Virus record (IMG/VR): IMGVR_UViG_3300027751_001020
Coordinates: 26,067 to 90,066 of that record
Direction: 5' to 3' (one strand)
Length of the DNA stretch: 64,000 nucleotides
DNA from: a virus
Both the position numbers and the translations under genes were made by a program. Positions within the stretch are counted from its first letter, which is position 1, and each line of letters starts with the position of its first letter. The notes below the pieces were generated by a model that saw nothing but the letters and a program-made list of their open reading frames with translations, did no database searches and had not been told where the DNA came from. Positions 18,286 through 28,536 of the stretch are shown piece after piece.

Positions 18286-19140
18286 TTGAAAGTAGTTTGG
18301 GTTTTAGAAAATATAGAAAAGAATAAGAACTTTTATAGTAAATTTAATATACTATTAATGCTCACATCAACTATCCTTTGGAAGAGAAATCATCCAGAGG
18401 ATATTTGTATTTTATATGCTGATGACATTACTATAGATTTTTTAGATAAATTAAAAGTATTAGAAATATGGGACCAGGTAAAACCTATCCCAAAAAGCGG
18501 AAGAATAAATAAATCAATATTCTGGGCTTCCTCTAAATTACAGGTTCTATCAGAAATAGAAGATCCTATTATCTTAATGGATAATGATACACATGTATAT
18601 AAACCAATAAAGGGTTTTCTAGACTTGAATAAGGTATACGTAACTAATTTAGAAATAGGAAAAGGGTACTACCCTACCTCCATAGACCCATATATACGTA
18701 AACTATCATATAAAAACAGATGGAAAACTGAATCTGTTAATGTTTCCTTTCTAAATTTACCTGACTCAGATTTTACTAGAAGGTACGCTAATGAGAGCCT
18801 TAAAATGATGGAAGAATTTACAGAAATGAAAGCCACTAACTCTCAATATTTAATTTTTGCAGAACAGCTTTTATTAAAACATATGCTTGATAAAGAGAAT
18901 GTAGCGTATAGAAGTATACTATCTACATATTGGGATTGTGCAAAATGGAATTGGGGTGAAATTCACAATAAGGGTATATGGAGCATAGAAGAATCAGAAA
19001 GGTACTTTAAACATTACGGACCGTTAAAAGGATGGTATATCAATAACAAGGACGGCCATGATTATGAGGAACATATTAAACACCTTTTAAACTGTATAAT
19101 GATACCTAATCTAGATTTAAAACTATTTAGCAAAAGATAA
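18286..19140 (+). CDS. Putative GT-A fold nucleotide-sugar transferase (DUF6734-like), TTG start
   Basis: IFWASSKL...IILMDND (DxD motif). Confidence 0.55.
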   Translation: MKVVWVLENIEKNKNFYSKFNILLMLTSTILWKRNHPEDICILYADDITIDFLDKLKVLEIWDQVKPIPKSGRINKSIFWASSKLQVLSEIEDPIILMDNDTHVYKPIKGFLDLNKVYVTNLEIGKGYYPTSIDPYIRKLSYKNRWKTESVNVSFLNLPDSDFTRRYANESLKMMEEFTEMKATNSQYLIFAEQLLLKHMLDKENVAYRSILSTYWDCAKWNWGEIHNKGIWSIEESERYFKHYGPLKGWYINNKDGHDYEEHIKHLLNCIMIPNLDLKLFSKR

Positions 19141-19144
19141 AAAA

Positions 19145-19918
19145 ATGTCTATAATTAATAATGAATTTGTAAGAACTCATATTACAAATAACAAAGTTAC
19201 AAAACAGGACGAAGACGGAAAAGAAACTTTAACTTTTACCCCAGTCCCCTTCAGGTGGACACACGGAGCAACCGAAAATCATTTAGGAGACGGATTACTA
19301 ATCTACACTATCATACAATTAATGAGGTATAAATCTGTAGTATGTTTAGGTTCCGGAGGCGGGTTTATTCCTCGCATTATGACCCAAGCTCGGTTAGATT
19401 TACATAAGCAAGGTATATTTGAAGGGAGTGATAGTTATAATTGGGGAGACATCGGTGCAACATATCTTGTTGATGCAGCTAACGGAGTAGGCGGTACACC
19501 GGACTATTTAGAAGATGATTCGTACTTTAGGTATCAATTTGCTCCTCGGTTTATAAAAGAAACTACAAAGGACGCATATTATAATTTTTTTGTTAAGCAA
19601 GATATAAAGATAGATTTTTTACATATCGATGCAGGACACTCTTACGCAGATGTCAAGCAAGATTTTGAATTATACTCTAAGTTACTATCATCTAATGGTA
19701 TGATAGCTATTCACGACACAGATGAGAAGTTTCAAAAAGAACTAATAATAACAGAAGACGAAAAACAACATTACGACTTATTTGATGGCCCACCTAAGTT
19801 TATAAAAGAAATTGGACCGGAATGGAAGCAGTTTAACTTTTTTAATACTGGGCAGGAAATAAATAAACCTTCTTCAACCGGTATTACATTACTTCAACGA
19901 GCAAAATGCCTAATCTAG
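19145..19918 (+). CDS. Class I SAM-dependent methyltransferase (Methyltransf_24-like)
   Basis: CLGSGGG and IDFLHIDAGHSYADVKQDF...GMIAIHD motifs. Confidence 0.85.
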   Translation: MSIINNEFVRTHITNNKVTKQDEDGKETLTFTPVPFRWTHGATENHLGDGLLIYTIIQLMRYKSVVCLGSGGGFIPRIMTQARLDLHKQGIFEGSDSYNWGDIGATYLVDAANGVGGTPDYLEDDSYFRYQFAPRFIKETTKDAYYNFFVKQDIKIDFLHIDAGHSYADVKQDFELYSKLLSSNGMIAIHDTDEKFQKELIITEDEKQHYDLFDGPPKFIKEIGPEWKQFNFFNTGQEINKPSSTGITLLQRAKCLI

Positions 19919-20745
19919 TTACAGTAGTTGGAGAGAATACACATATCTTACCTCATATGCTAAAACACTATGAAGATAAGGTAGATAAAGTATATGTAGT
20001 TGTATATAGACAATCCGATAGAGATGATATTTTAGAAAAGGTAGAGGATTTAGGAATCACACCATATAAAGTTGTAACCGAACCAAAATATAATTGGAAT
20101 AAAGTTACAGATTTATATAACGAAACTAAAAGAACCAAACCAAATGATTGGTGGATAGTATCAGATGATGATGAATTACAAATATACCCTGAACCGATCG
20201 AAGATATAATAGAGACATGTGAGAGAAACGATTATGACTTTGTCACAGGAGGTTTCTTGGATAGAATAGGTATAGATGGCACTTTTCCAATAGTGGACAG
20301 AGACACAAATCTACACAAAGCATTTCCTTTGGCTGGATTTTTTAGGTATCCAATGTCTGGGGCATGCCCAAACAAAGTAACTTTAATGAAAGGTTATCAA
20401 GATGTTACACCCGGACAGCACTACGCTCAATTTAAAGACGGTTCAAACAGTTGGGGGAAATCTCATCCAAAAAGAATGCCAATAGAAGAGGTATTTACCC
20501 AAGTACACCACTTTAAATGGGATTCTACATGTATTAGTAGAATTAAAAAAGTAGCAAACACTAATATGATGTATGCGTATTCTCAAGAATATAAGATAAT
20601 GTACGATGCAATTAAAGCTACAGAAGATAAAATAGATATAAAGAATAGTGAATATTTAGTTGAGAAACTAAAAGAAAGTTCATATATTGAATATATGGAT
20701 TATTCTAATTGGAATACCTTAATTAAAAAAATAGTTACAATATGA
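19906..20745 (+). CDS. Glycosyltransferase family 2-like (Glyco_tranf_2_4 type)
   Basis: ILPHMLKHY and WWIVSDDDEL motifs. Confidence 0.75.
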   Translation: MPNLVTVVGENTHILPHMLKHYEDKVDKVYVVVYRQSDRDDILEKVEDLGITPYKVVTEPKYNWNKVTDLYNETKRTKPNDWWIVSDDDELQIYPEPIEDIIETCERNDYDFVTGGFLDRIGIDGTFPIVDRDTNLHKAFPLAGFFRYPMSGACPNKVTLMKGYQDVTPGQHYAQFKDGSNSWGKSHPKRMPIEEVFTQVHHFKWDSTCISRIKKVANTNMMYAYSQEYKIMYDAIKATEDKIDIKNSEYLVEKLKESSYIEYMDYSNWNTLIKKIVTI

Positions 20746-20930
20746 GCACAAAAAAAGTGGAGACAAGTTTAGAAGAACGTCAAACTAAGGCGTTAGAAAC
20801 CATTGCAAGTTCATTAGATGCGCTAAGTTTATGGTTCGAAGAAATCGATAAAGACGAATGGGGAGAAAGAATTCAATACTATCTTTCTGAATTTCACGAA
20901 ATATTCGATCTGAGAAAAGAAAATGAGTAA
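20742..20930 (+). CDS. Small acidic helical hypothetical protein
   Basis: Overlap-coupled on both sides. Confidence 0.55.
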   Translation: MSTKKVETSLEERQTKALETIASSLDALSLWFEEIDKDEWGERIQYYLSEFHEIFDLRKENE

Positions 20931-22227
20931 ACTTGGAATTATAGTTCCATATAGGAATAGATATCAACATCTTGAAGCTTGGACTAGAGAAGTAAAACAT
21001 TATCTAGACAATCAAGGTATAAACTATAATATTATTGTAGTTGAACAAGACGATGCTACATCCTTTAATCGAGGAATGTTATGTAATATAGGATTTATAC
21101 ATGCTATAAAAAGAGGATGTACTTATGTTGTGTTTCATGATGTTGATATGGTTCCAGTTACAGTGGACTATACTCCAAATGATACTCCAATTCATTTATT
21201 TGATGACCAATTGCCTTTTGATAGCTATTTCGGAGGTATGACAATGTTTCCGGTTGAAGATTTTAAAAAAATAAACGGATTCTCTAATATGTACTGGGGC
21301 TGGGGATATGAAGATGACGATTTAAGGTACAGATGTGCTTTACATAATATAGATTTTGGCACACCTTATAAAACCTCAGAAGGAATTAGTAGAGACACCG
21401 CTATATTTAACGGTAAAAACTCAATCGCACGTATTCCCAATAACTTAAAATTTAGTACGGATTTTACTATAGAGATTTCTGGAAGGCTTGACCATGTAGA
21501 AATGGATCCAAAAAAAGTATTTGATCAGTACACTTTATTAAGTATAAGAGGAAATGAATTAAACATTACCTACAATTCTTTTAACAGATTCTCAGTGCAG
21601 CTTTTTGATAAAAGTTTTGATAAGTACACTATTAATTCAGATGTCTTTATTAACAGTGAATTTAATGTAAAACTACAATATGTAGCACGAACTAAAACAG
21701 TATCGTTATATGTAAACGATTCTTTAGAAGCTTCTACCACACTTAAAAACAGAATACTTGACTATAGTAAGCAATCGACAATTATTGTAGGAGCAGATTC
21801 AGAAGACACTAACCACTATCACGGTGCTATAGACAGTATAACACTATATACGAGAAAAGATGAAGTAGTTAACAGGTACTTAAAACCTAATAAAATAAAA
21901 TATATATGGGTTGACCATATAAGAAGAGATAAAGGAACATTAGATAATGTAGATGTAGCTCCATATGATGCACCTGAATCTACCGAAATAGACAGCACAG
22001 TACCTTATAGAAGAAAAGGAGACATATACAAACTTCCCCACCCGGATAACGGGTACGTAGAAGGAAGATGGAGAAGTGATTTAACTAGATGGAATCAATT
22101 AAGATATAATAACGAAGTAAAAAGAGGAGTTTATAATAACTCTAAAGACGGACTAAAAGACTGTGAATATATTCTACATAGTAAACAGTTTAAAGATAAA
22201 GTTTTACATTTAAATATAGGCATATAA
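20923..22227 (+). CDS. GT7 (beta-1,4-galactosyltransferase-like) with an inserted LamG/ConA domain
   Basis: VPYRNR, FNRGMLCNIG, FHDVD, YFGG, NGFSNMYWGWGYEDDDL; LamG-like segment FNGKNS...IVGAD...YHGAIDSI. Confidence 0.85.
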   Translation: MSKLGIIVPYRNRYQHLEAWTREVKHYLDNQGINYNIIVVEQDDATSFNRGMLCNIGFIHAIKRGCTYVVFHDVDMVPVTVDYTPNDTPIHLFDDQLPFDSYFGGMTMFPVEDFKKINGFSNMYWGWGYEDDDLRYRCALHNIDFGTPYKTSEGISRDTAIFNGKNSIARIPNNLKFSTDFTIEISGRLDHVEMDPKKVFDQYTLLSIRGNELNITYNSFNRFSVQLFDKSFDKYTINSDVFINSEFNVKLQYVARTKTVSLYVNDSLEASTTLKNRILDYSKQSTIIVGADSEDTNHYHGAIDSITLYTRKDEVVNRYLKPNKIKYIWVDHIRRDKGTLDNVDVAPYDAPESTEIDSTVPYRRKGDIYKLPHPDNGYVEGRWRSDLTRWNQLRYNNEVKRGVYNNSKDGLKDCEYILHSKQFKDKVLHLNIGI

Positions 22228-23639
22228 TGAAACATAAATTAGGAGTATGTGTACCATACAGAAACAGAGAAGAACACTTACACACCTTTATACCAAGAGT
22301 TGGGAGGTTTCTTAAAGAAAGAAATATAGATTTTCAAATTTATATATGCCATCAAGTAGACGAAAAACTTTTTAATAGAGGTGCAACTAAAAACATAGCT
22401 GCAAAACACGCTATTGAAGACGGATGTGACTACGTCGTTTTCCATGATATAGACATGATACCAGAAGACGGCGCAGATTATTCGTACCCTACAGAAGGTC
22501 CTCGCCATATTGCAACTCAAATTTCACAAATGGACTATCAATTAAAGTATCATGAGTACTTTGGAGGTGCAGTCTTATTTACTAAAGAACATTTAGAAGC
22601 CACAAACGGTTACTCTAACGGATATTGGGATTGGGGAATGGAAGATGATGATCTTTTTTGGAGATGTCACGAAGAAGGTTTAACATTAGATACATACTTA
22701 CAGAAAAAGACTAAACAAAAATACCTACGATATAATGGAGACAGTTCTTATAGTAAAGTTCCATTTACTAGAAAACTTAGAGGGTTAACTTCAAAATCAC
22801 ATACAATCTCAATACTGTGTCGAGCTTTTCAACAGCCAAATAAAAATAAAATTTTCTTAATAGGAGATAAGGATAATAAATACGTTGAGTACCCTATTCT
22901 AAGAATACCGGGGTATGACTACGGATTATCATTTAATAACTCAAGAGCACTTTCTCTCACATACTGGGATATGTTTAGTAACCACCACTACATGTGGGTG
23001 AAAAGATACGATAACCAATGGAGCTGGGTAACTGCGGTATTTAATGAAGAAACAAGAACCAGCCACTTATACCTAAACGGTACAGAAGTTGATTCCAAAG
23101 GAGGGTACGGAAGCCCTTCTCCCCTTAACTGGACCGGTAAATTAAAAAAATACGGCCCTAACGGAATATACATAGGCACTACACCATCTGTACCAGAAGA
23201 TAGTGGATACAGATACTTTAAAGGAGATATAGCAAAAGTGTTTGCTTGGGATAGAAACTTAACACCAGAAGAAGTCCAAGACTTACATTTAGATATTCCT
23301 ACCGATGGATTAGTGATTGACTCAGATTTTAACAGTCCCAATACCGAAATAGAAAGCTTCAATGTAGAATTAAGAGAGGAAGAGATAGACATTCCAAATT
23401 CAATTTTACCCTATAGAAAAGAAGGTAGATTTACATGTTTACCCCATATTGATGAAGGATTAGTAGACGGCAAATGGGCAAAAGGAGATACTACAGCAGC
23501 AAACGAAGAACGGTACGTTTTACAAATGCAACAAGGTAAGATCAATTATAAAGAAGATGGAATTACTACCTTAGAGTATACAGTAGAAAACGAAAACATT
23601 CTTACACCGTGGGCTAAAATGATTAATATAAAACTATGA
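22227..23639 (+). CDS. Second GT7 with an inserted LamG/ConA domain
   Basis: VPYRNR, FNRGA, FHDID, YFGG, NGYSNGYWDWGMEDDDL; LamG segment HLYLNG...YIG...FKGDIAKV..WDRNLT.EEV. Confidence 0.87.
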   Translation: MKHKLGVCVPYRNREEHLHTFIPRVGRFLKERNIDFQIYICHQVDEKLFNRGATKNIAAKHAIEDGCDYVVFHDIDMIPEDGADYSYPTEGPRHIATQISQMDYQLKYHEYFGGAVLFTKEHLEATNGYSNGYWDWGMEDDDLFWRCHEEGLTLDTYLQKKTKQKYLRYNGDSSYSKVPFTRKLRGLTSKSHTISILCRAFQQPNKNKIFLIGDKDNKYVEYPILRIPGYDYGLSFNNSRALSLTYWDMFSNHHYMWVKRYDNQWSWVTAVFNEETRTSHLYLNGTEVDSKGGYGSPSPLNWTGKLKKYGPNGIYIGTTPSVPEDSGYRYFKGDIAKVFAWDRNLTPEEVQDLHLDIPTDGLVIDSDFNSPNTEIESFNVELREEEIDIPNSILPYRKEGRFTCLPHIDEGLVDGKWAKGDTTAANEERYVLQMQQGKINYKEDGITTLEYTVENENILTPWAKMINIKL

Positions 23640-25033
23640 AACTACAGCAAGTAAAGGAAAAGTTAGATAAAGTAGGTTGTGGTTTTTGTTTAGCAAAATG
23701 GACCCAAGTTACTATACACTTAGGTCTTGGAATGACACACTCCTGTCACCATCCCTCTCCACATAAGATTTCACTAAAAGAGATTAAAAGAAATCCTTCT
23801 GCATTACATAATACGTCTTATAAAAAACAAAAACGTAAAGAGATGTTAGAAGGAAAAAGACCTCAAGAATGTAACTACTGTTGGAACGTAGAAGATAATT
23901 CTAACTCATTTTCAGATAGAACATTTAAATCTTCAGAACCTTGGTCATTAGACCAATACGATAAGATTGTGGAGTCACATTGGAGATCTGATTTTAACCC
24001 AAGGTATGTTGAAGTGTCGTTCTCTAATACATGTAATTTTAAATGTGCATATTGCGGACCACAGTATTCTTCAAAATGGGTAGAAGAAATAGAAAAAGAA
24101 GGGCCTTATCCAACCACTTATAACTTTAATGATATATCAAATTTAAAAGCTAAGGGAGAAATGCCTTATAAACATTCGGAAGAAAACCCATATGTAGAGG
24201 CATTTTGGAAATGGTGGCCAGATTTATTTAAAGATTTACATACCTTCAGAATTACAGGAGGGGAACCTCTTTTATCAAAAGATACATTTAAAGTATTAGA
24301 GTATATTCAAAAACATCATGATAAAAACTCCCAACTATCTTTATCCATTAACACAAATTTAGGGGTACCAGATGCACTAATTGATAAATTTATCGATATA
24401 GCTAAAGATTTATGTGAAAACGATAAAGTAAGAGAATTAACTTTATTTACATCTATTGAAGCAAAAGGAGCTCAAGCAGAATACACAAGATATGGATTAG
24501 ATTCAGAAAAATTTTGGTCTAATGTAGATAAAATTTTAACTGCCCTCCCAAAAGTAACCATTAACATTATGGCTACCTTTAACGCCCTGTCTGTCTTTAC
24601 ATATGATGAGGTAATAGATAGAACATTTGAGCTTAAAAAGAAACACGCTAATGGACAGAGATATTGGATATCTGCTTTACAGTTAGATACATCTTATCTG
24701 AGGTGGCCAGCTCATTTATCTGTAAAGATATTAGAACCAGACCACCATGAATTAATTTTGAAGTCTGCAGAAAAAATGCTATATTACGGTATAAAGGAGT
24801 TTACTACCGATAATTATGGATTCTCTAACGTAGAGATACAAAAAATGAAAAGAATCTACGATTATGCAACCGGTACGGATAGCTTTGAAACACATAAGTA
24901 CAGGACTGATTTTGTTAAATTTGTAGATGAATTAGATAAAAGAAGAGGTACCGATTTTAATAAAACATTTCCTGAATTAAATAACCTATATGATAGATAT
25001 AAGAAAAGGCTCGCCTTGGGTATTTTGGCCTAG
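23636..25033 (+). CDS. Radical SAM enzyme with N-terminal Twitch domain (#1, SCHH type)
   Basis: CLAKW...SCHH...CNYCW, then CNFKCAYC and ITGGEP. Confidence 0.9.
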   Translation: MKLQQVKEKLDKVGCGFCLAKWTQVTIHLGLGMTHSCHHPSPHKISLKEIKRNPSALHNTSYKKQKRKEMLEGKRPQECNYCWNVEDNSNSFSDRTFKSSEPWSLDQYDKIVESHWRSDFNPRYVEVSFSNTCNFKCAYCGPQYSSKWVEEIEKEGPYPTTYNFNDISNLKAKGEMPYKHSEENPYVEAFWKWWPDLFKDLHTFRITGGEPLLSKDTFKVLEYIQKHHDKNSQLSLSINTNLGVPDALIDKFIDIAKDLCENDKVRELTLFTSIEAKGAQAEYTRYGLDSEKFWSNVDKILTALPKVTINIMATFNALSVFTYDEVIDRTFELKKKHANGQRYWISALQLDTSYLRWPAHLSVKILEPDHHELILKSAEKMLYYGIKEFTTDNYGFSNVEIQKMKRIYDYATGTDSFETHKYRTDFVKFVDELDKRRGTDFNKTFPELNNLYDRYKKRLALGILA

Positions 25034-25574
25034 TAGCATATGTGATACATTTCCTGATAAACCTGCAAACAAGATACTATCTGGGCAACATTACTTTCAC
25101 CTTACCTTCAGACTTACATTAAAGGATAAATCAGACGATCAAAAAACCTTATTCACAATAGTACCGAGGTATACTGGTCTAGATTTATATAAGGATAAGA
25201 TGATACTCACAGTAACTTGCGAAGACGGTCCTATATATGTAGACTTACCTTTACTGGTTAACTATAACGAAGAGGTAATTATTTCATTAGAACACACTCC
25301 TAAAGGTAATTTTAGATTATTTATAGATAATAAGGTTGTCCACGAAGTAGATTTAAAGGACAAAATTTTTGGATTAGCAGATAGCCCGCACATATTAATA
25401 GGAGCAGGAAATTTTCCAAAGAATGATTTTAATTTAAACTATACAGATTTTGATCTACATGAGTTTATATTGAAAGATGAGAACGAAATTATATCTCATC
25501 ACAAATTTGAACAATTTATTTTTGATAAATCGGTAGATATTACCGGTAAATGTAATTTTATACACAAGTTATAA
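24990..25574 (+). CDS. Stand-alone LamG/ConA-like domain protein
   Basis: FRLFIDNK...ILIGAG...DLHEFIL beta-sandwich pattern. Confidence 0.5.
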   Translation: MIDIRKGSPWVFWPSSICDTFPDKPANKILSGQHYFHLTFRLTLKDKSDDQKTLFTIVPRYTGLDLYKDKMILTVTCEDGPIYVDLPLLVNYNEEVIISLEHTPKGNFRLFIDNKVVHEVDLKDKIFGLADSPHILIGAGNFPKNDFNLNYTDFDLHEFILKDENEIISHHKFEQFIFDKSVDITGKCNFIHKL

Positions 25575-27196
25575 TGGCAGGAGTTTTTGCAAAAAGAGAC
25601 GACGAAACGTTTCAGGAATACAGAGATAGAGTAGTAAACAAATTATCCGGCTCATTTTGTGGAGCTAAATGGTATAATGCAACAATCTGGTTAGGAAACG
25701 GAACTACCGCTTCCTGTCATCACCCACCTGCACATAAAATACCTCTAGAGGAAGTAGCTAAATCTTATAAAGCTATTCATAATACTACCTATAAAAAAGC
25801 AGTAAGAAAACAAATGATGGACGGAGTTCGTCCTAAAGAATGTGAATACTGCTGGAAGATAGAAGACTTAGGAGCAGATAAAGTATCAGATAGGGTTTAT
25901 AAATCTGTTATATATACAGACGAAGAACTCAAAGATGCTAAAGAGAAATTTGGAGCAGGCTTTGACGTTGATCTCAAGACATTAGAGATTGCTTTTGATG
26001 CTAACTGTAACTTTGGATGTTCATATTGTAATGCTTCTTTTTCTACTACTTGGCAAAAAGACATTAAGATGTTCGGACCTTACCAGAATCTAGTATCCGA
26101 TGGTGCAGGAGCATTTCAACATGATGGTAAACATGCAATGCCGTATGGTAGAAAAAATAAAGATAATCCATATGTTGAAGCTTTCTGGAAGTGGTGGGAA
26201 GCAGAGCTGCAGTACACCTTAAGAGAATTAAGAGTAACTGGAGGGGAACCTTCAATGTCGCCTGATTTTTGGAAGCTAATGGATTGGTGGAAAGATCATC
26301 CTGAATGTGAGGTACCTTTTGCTGTAAACTCTAACTTAGGACAGAAGACACAGCTACTTGATGCTTTAATTGATTCAACTCATAACTTCAAAGATTTTAG
26401 TATATATACGTCTAATGAGGCAACAGGGTTACAAGCAGAGTATATTAGATACGGATTAGAATGGGATGTATGGTTAAAGAATATTTACAGAGTTAATAGA
26501 GAAGCAAAAGTATCCTCTGTTAACGTTATGATGACTATTAATGCATTATGCTTATTCTCCATTACAGAATTTATGGATGAAATGTTAAAACTAAAAAAAG
26601 AGTTTGGACATCATGCCGCGGTAATGTCATTTAACATATTAAGATTTCCTTCTTTCCAGTCTATTGTCACACTTCCTGTTAACGTAAGGATGGAAAGAGC
26701 TGCACACATTGAAAAGTGGTTAGAAGCTAATTGGAATGGAGGCTCAAATGGTTTTATGGATATGGAAAGAGACGGGGTACTTAGACTTATTGAATATATT
26801 AAACAAGTAGATTCAGGACACGCTCATACCTCTTCATTAGAGTCTAGAGAAAGAGATTTTAAATCTTTTTACACTCAATATGATAAGAGAAGAAAGAAAG
26901 ATTTCTTAACTGCCTTTCCAATGTTAAAAGAATGGTGGGACAGTATTCCAGAAACAAATATCGAACTACTAAAAGGAGTTAGAGACGGAGACGATGCTAA
27001 ATCTAACAGGTATGTTCACGAAGTACTGAAAAAAGCAAAAGATGAAGGATGGGTACTGAACCCACAGTGGGCTAATCCTGGATCACAAGAGTATGTAGAA
27101 CCAGACGATCAACAACAAGATGATATGATTGACTTAGTTGAACAACTAAAAAAAGATTCAGATTCTAAATTTGTTGGAGGAGTAGCTAAAAGGTAA
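25574..27196 (+). CDS. Radical SAM enzyme with N-terminal Twitch domain (#2, SCHH type)
   Basis: CGAKW...SCHH...CEYCW, CNFGCSYC, VTGGEP. Confidence 0.9.
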   Translation: MAGVFAKRDDETFQEYRDRVVNKLSGSFCGAKWYNATIWLGNGTTASCHHPPAHKIPLEEVAKSYKAIHNTTYKKAVRKQMMDGVRPKECEYCWKIEDLGADKVSDRVYKSVIYTDEELKDAKEKFGAGFDVDLKTLEIAFDANCNFGCSYCNASFSTTWQKDIKMFGPYQNLVSDGAGAFQHDGKHAMPYGRKNKDNPYVEAFWKWWEAELQYTLRELRVTGGEPSMSPDFWKLMDWWKDHPECEVPFAVNSNLGQKTQLLDALIDSTHNFKDFSIYTSNEATGLQAEYIRYGLEWDVWLKNIYRVNREAKVSSVNVMMTINALCLFSITEFMDEMLKLKKEFGHHAAVMSFNILRFPSFQSIVTLPVNVRMERAAHIEKWLEANWNGGSNGFMDMERDGVLRLIEYIKQVDSGHAHTSSLESRERDFKSFYTQYDKRRKKDFLTAFPMLKEWWDSIPETNIELLKGVRDGDDAKSNRYVHEVLKKAKDEGWVLNPQWANPGSQEYVEPDDQQQDDMIDLVEQLKKDSDSKFVGGVAKR

Positions 27197-27198
27197 GC

Positions 27199-28536
27199 AT
27201 GAAAATTAAACCAGAAGAAGGTAATAAGACGTTTTGTATAGCACCATGGACACACACCTACCTCTCTCCTCAGAGTGAGAGGAGGATGTGCTGTGCATCT
27301 AGGGAAAAAGCTTCCTGGGCAACACAGTATTTAGACTCAGATGCAGCAGACGGAACTTCTTCTTATAAACCCGGTACTCTCAAAGAACATTGGAACTCTG
27401 AATATATGAAAGGAGTGAGACGAGACCTTATGGCAGGTAAGGTTATACCTCAATGTTCGGTATGTAATGAACAACTACTAAATATATCTGTTTATAGAGA
27501 TTATTTTAATAAATCTTTATTCCCTAATAAAATTGAGGAAGCATTTAGTAAAACAGATGAAACAGGCTTTACAACTATGCCTCCTATATCTTTTGATTAC
27601 AGGGTAAGAAACCTTTGTAATTTTAAATGCAGAATGTGCGGAGATCAACTTTCATCTTCATGGGAAGCAGAGAGAAGAGCAATGGGCGATTACGATAGAG
27701 AAGGAAATGGTGACCATTGGGCTAAAAAAGAAAATAAACCAGTTATTGAAAACTTTCAAAAAGATGTAGCAGAAGCTGAACTTTGGGAAGCTGTGAAGAA
27801 TGGTACTATAGAGGAAATATACTGGGTAGGAGGAGAACCTTTAATGTGGGAAGTACACTGGGAAGTAATGGAATATTTAGTTAATAATGATTTAGCTAAA
27901 AACGTATGGGTGCGTTACAATACTAATTTTAGTAGAACGACTTATAAACACTGGGACCTAAAAAACCTACTTCCCCACTTTAAAATGGTTCAAATCTGTG
28001 CTTCCATAGACGGAACTGGAAAAAATGTTGAATACGTAAGACATGGTATTAAGTGGGATCAATGGATACATAATTTTAAAGAATATTTATTTCTTAATCA
28101 AAAATATGGACAATACGGTATTGCATTTGACCTTACTATAACCACCCCAGGTCTTTTCAGCCTAAAGAGTTTATTTGATTTAGCAGTTGAACTAGATGTC
28201 AACACCCTGATTAAAACAACATTTGCATTTGACGGGAGTGTTACTATGTGTCCCCAAGTACTACCTAGAGAACTCTTTAACGAAGTTATTGATGATATAT
28301 TAGACTACATAAGACCTAAAGTAGAAGTAAACCCAAAACATGCTAATTGGATAGAATGTCTTGAAGATTTAAAAAACAGAGAGACATTTGAAGAAAAGTA
28401 CCCTGATTGGAAGGAGGCCTTAGTTAGAGGTAAACAAAATTTGACTAGAGTAGATAAGTGGAGAAAAAACGAAAATACTCTAGAAGAAATCTATTCGGAA
28501 AACCCTAAAGTATTAAACTGGTGGAGAAACATATAG
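27199..28536 (+). CDS. Radical SAM enzyme with N-terminal Twitch domain (#3, CC type)
   Basis: CIAPW...MCC...CSVC, CNFKCRMC, WVGGEP. Confidence 0.9.
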   Translation: MKIKPEEGNKTFCIAPWTHTYLSPQSERRMCCASREKASWATQYLDSDAADGTSSYKPGTLKEHWNSEYMKGVRRDLMAGKVIPQCSVCNEQLLNISVYRDYFNKSLFPNKIEEAFSKTDETGFTTMPPISFDYRVRNLCNFKCRMCGDQLSSSWEAERRAMGDYDREGNGDHWAKKENKPVIENFQKDVAEAELWEAVKNGTIEEIYWVGGEPLMWEVHWEVMEYLVNNDLAKNVWVRYNTNFSRTTYKHWDLKNLLPHFKMVQICASIDGTGKNVEYVRHGIKWDQWIHNFKEYLFLNQKYGQYGIAFDLTITTPGLFSLKSLFDLAVELDVNTLIKTTFAFDGSVTMCPQVLPRELFNEVIDDILDYIRPKVEVNPKHANWIECLEDLKNRETFEEKYPDWKEALVRGKQNLTRVDKWRKNENTLEEIYSENPKVLNWWRNI

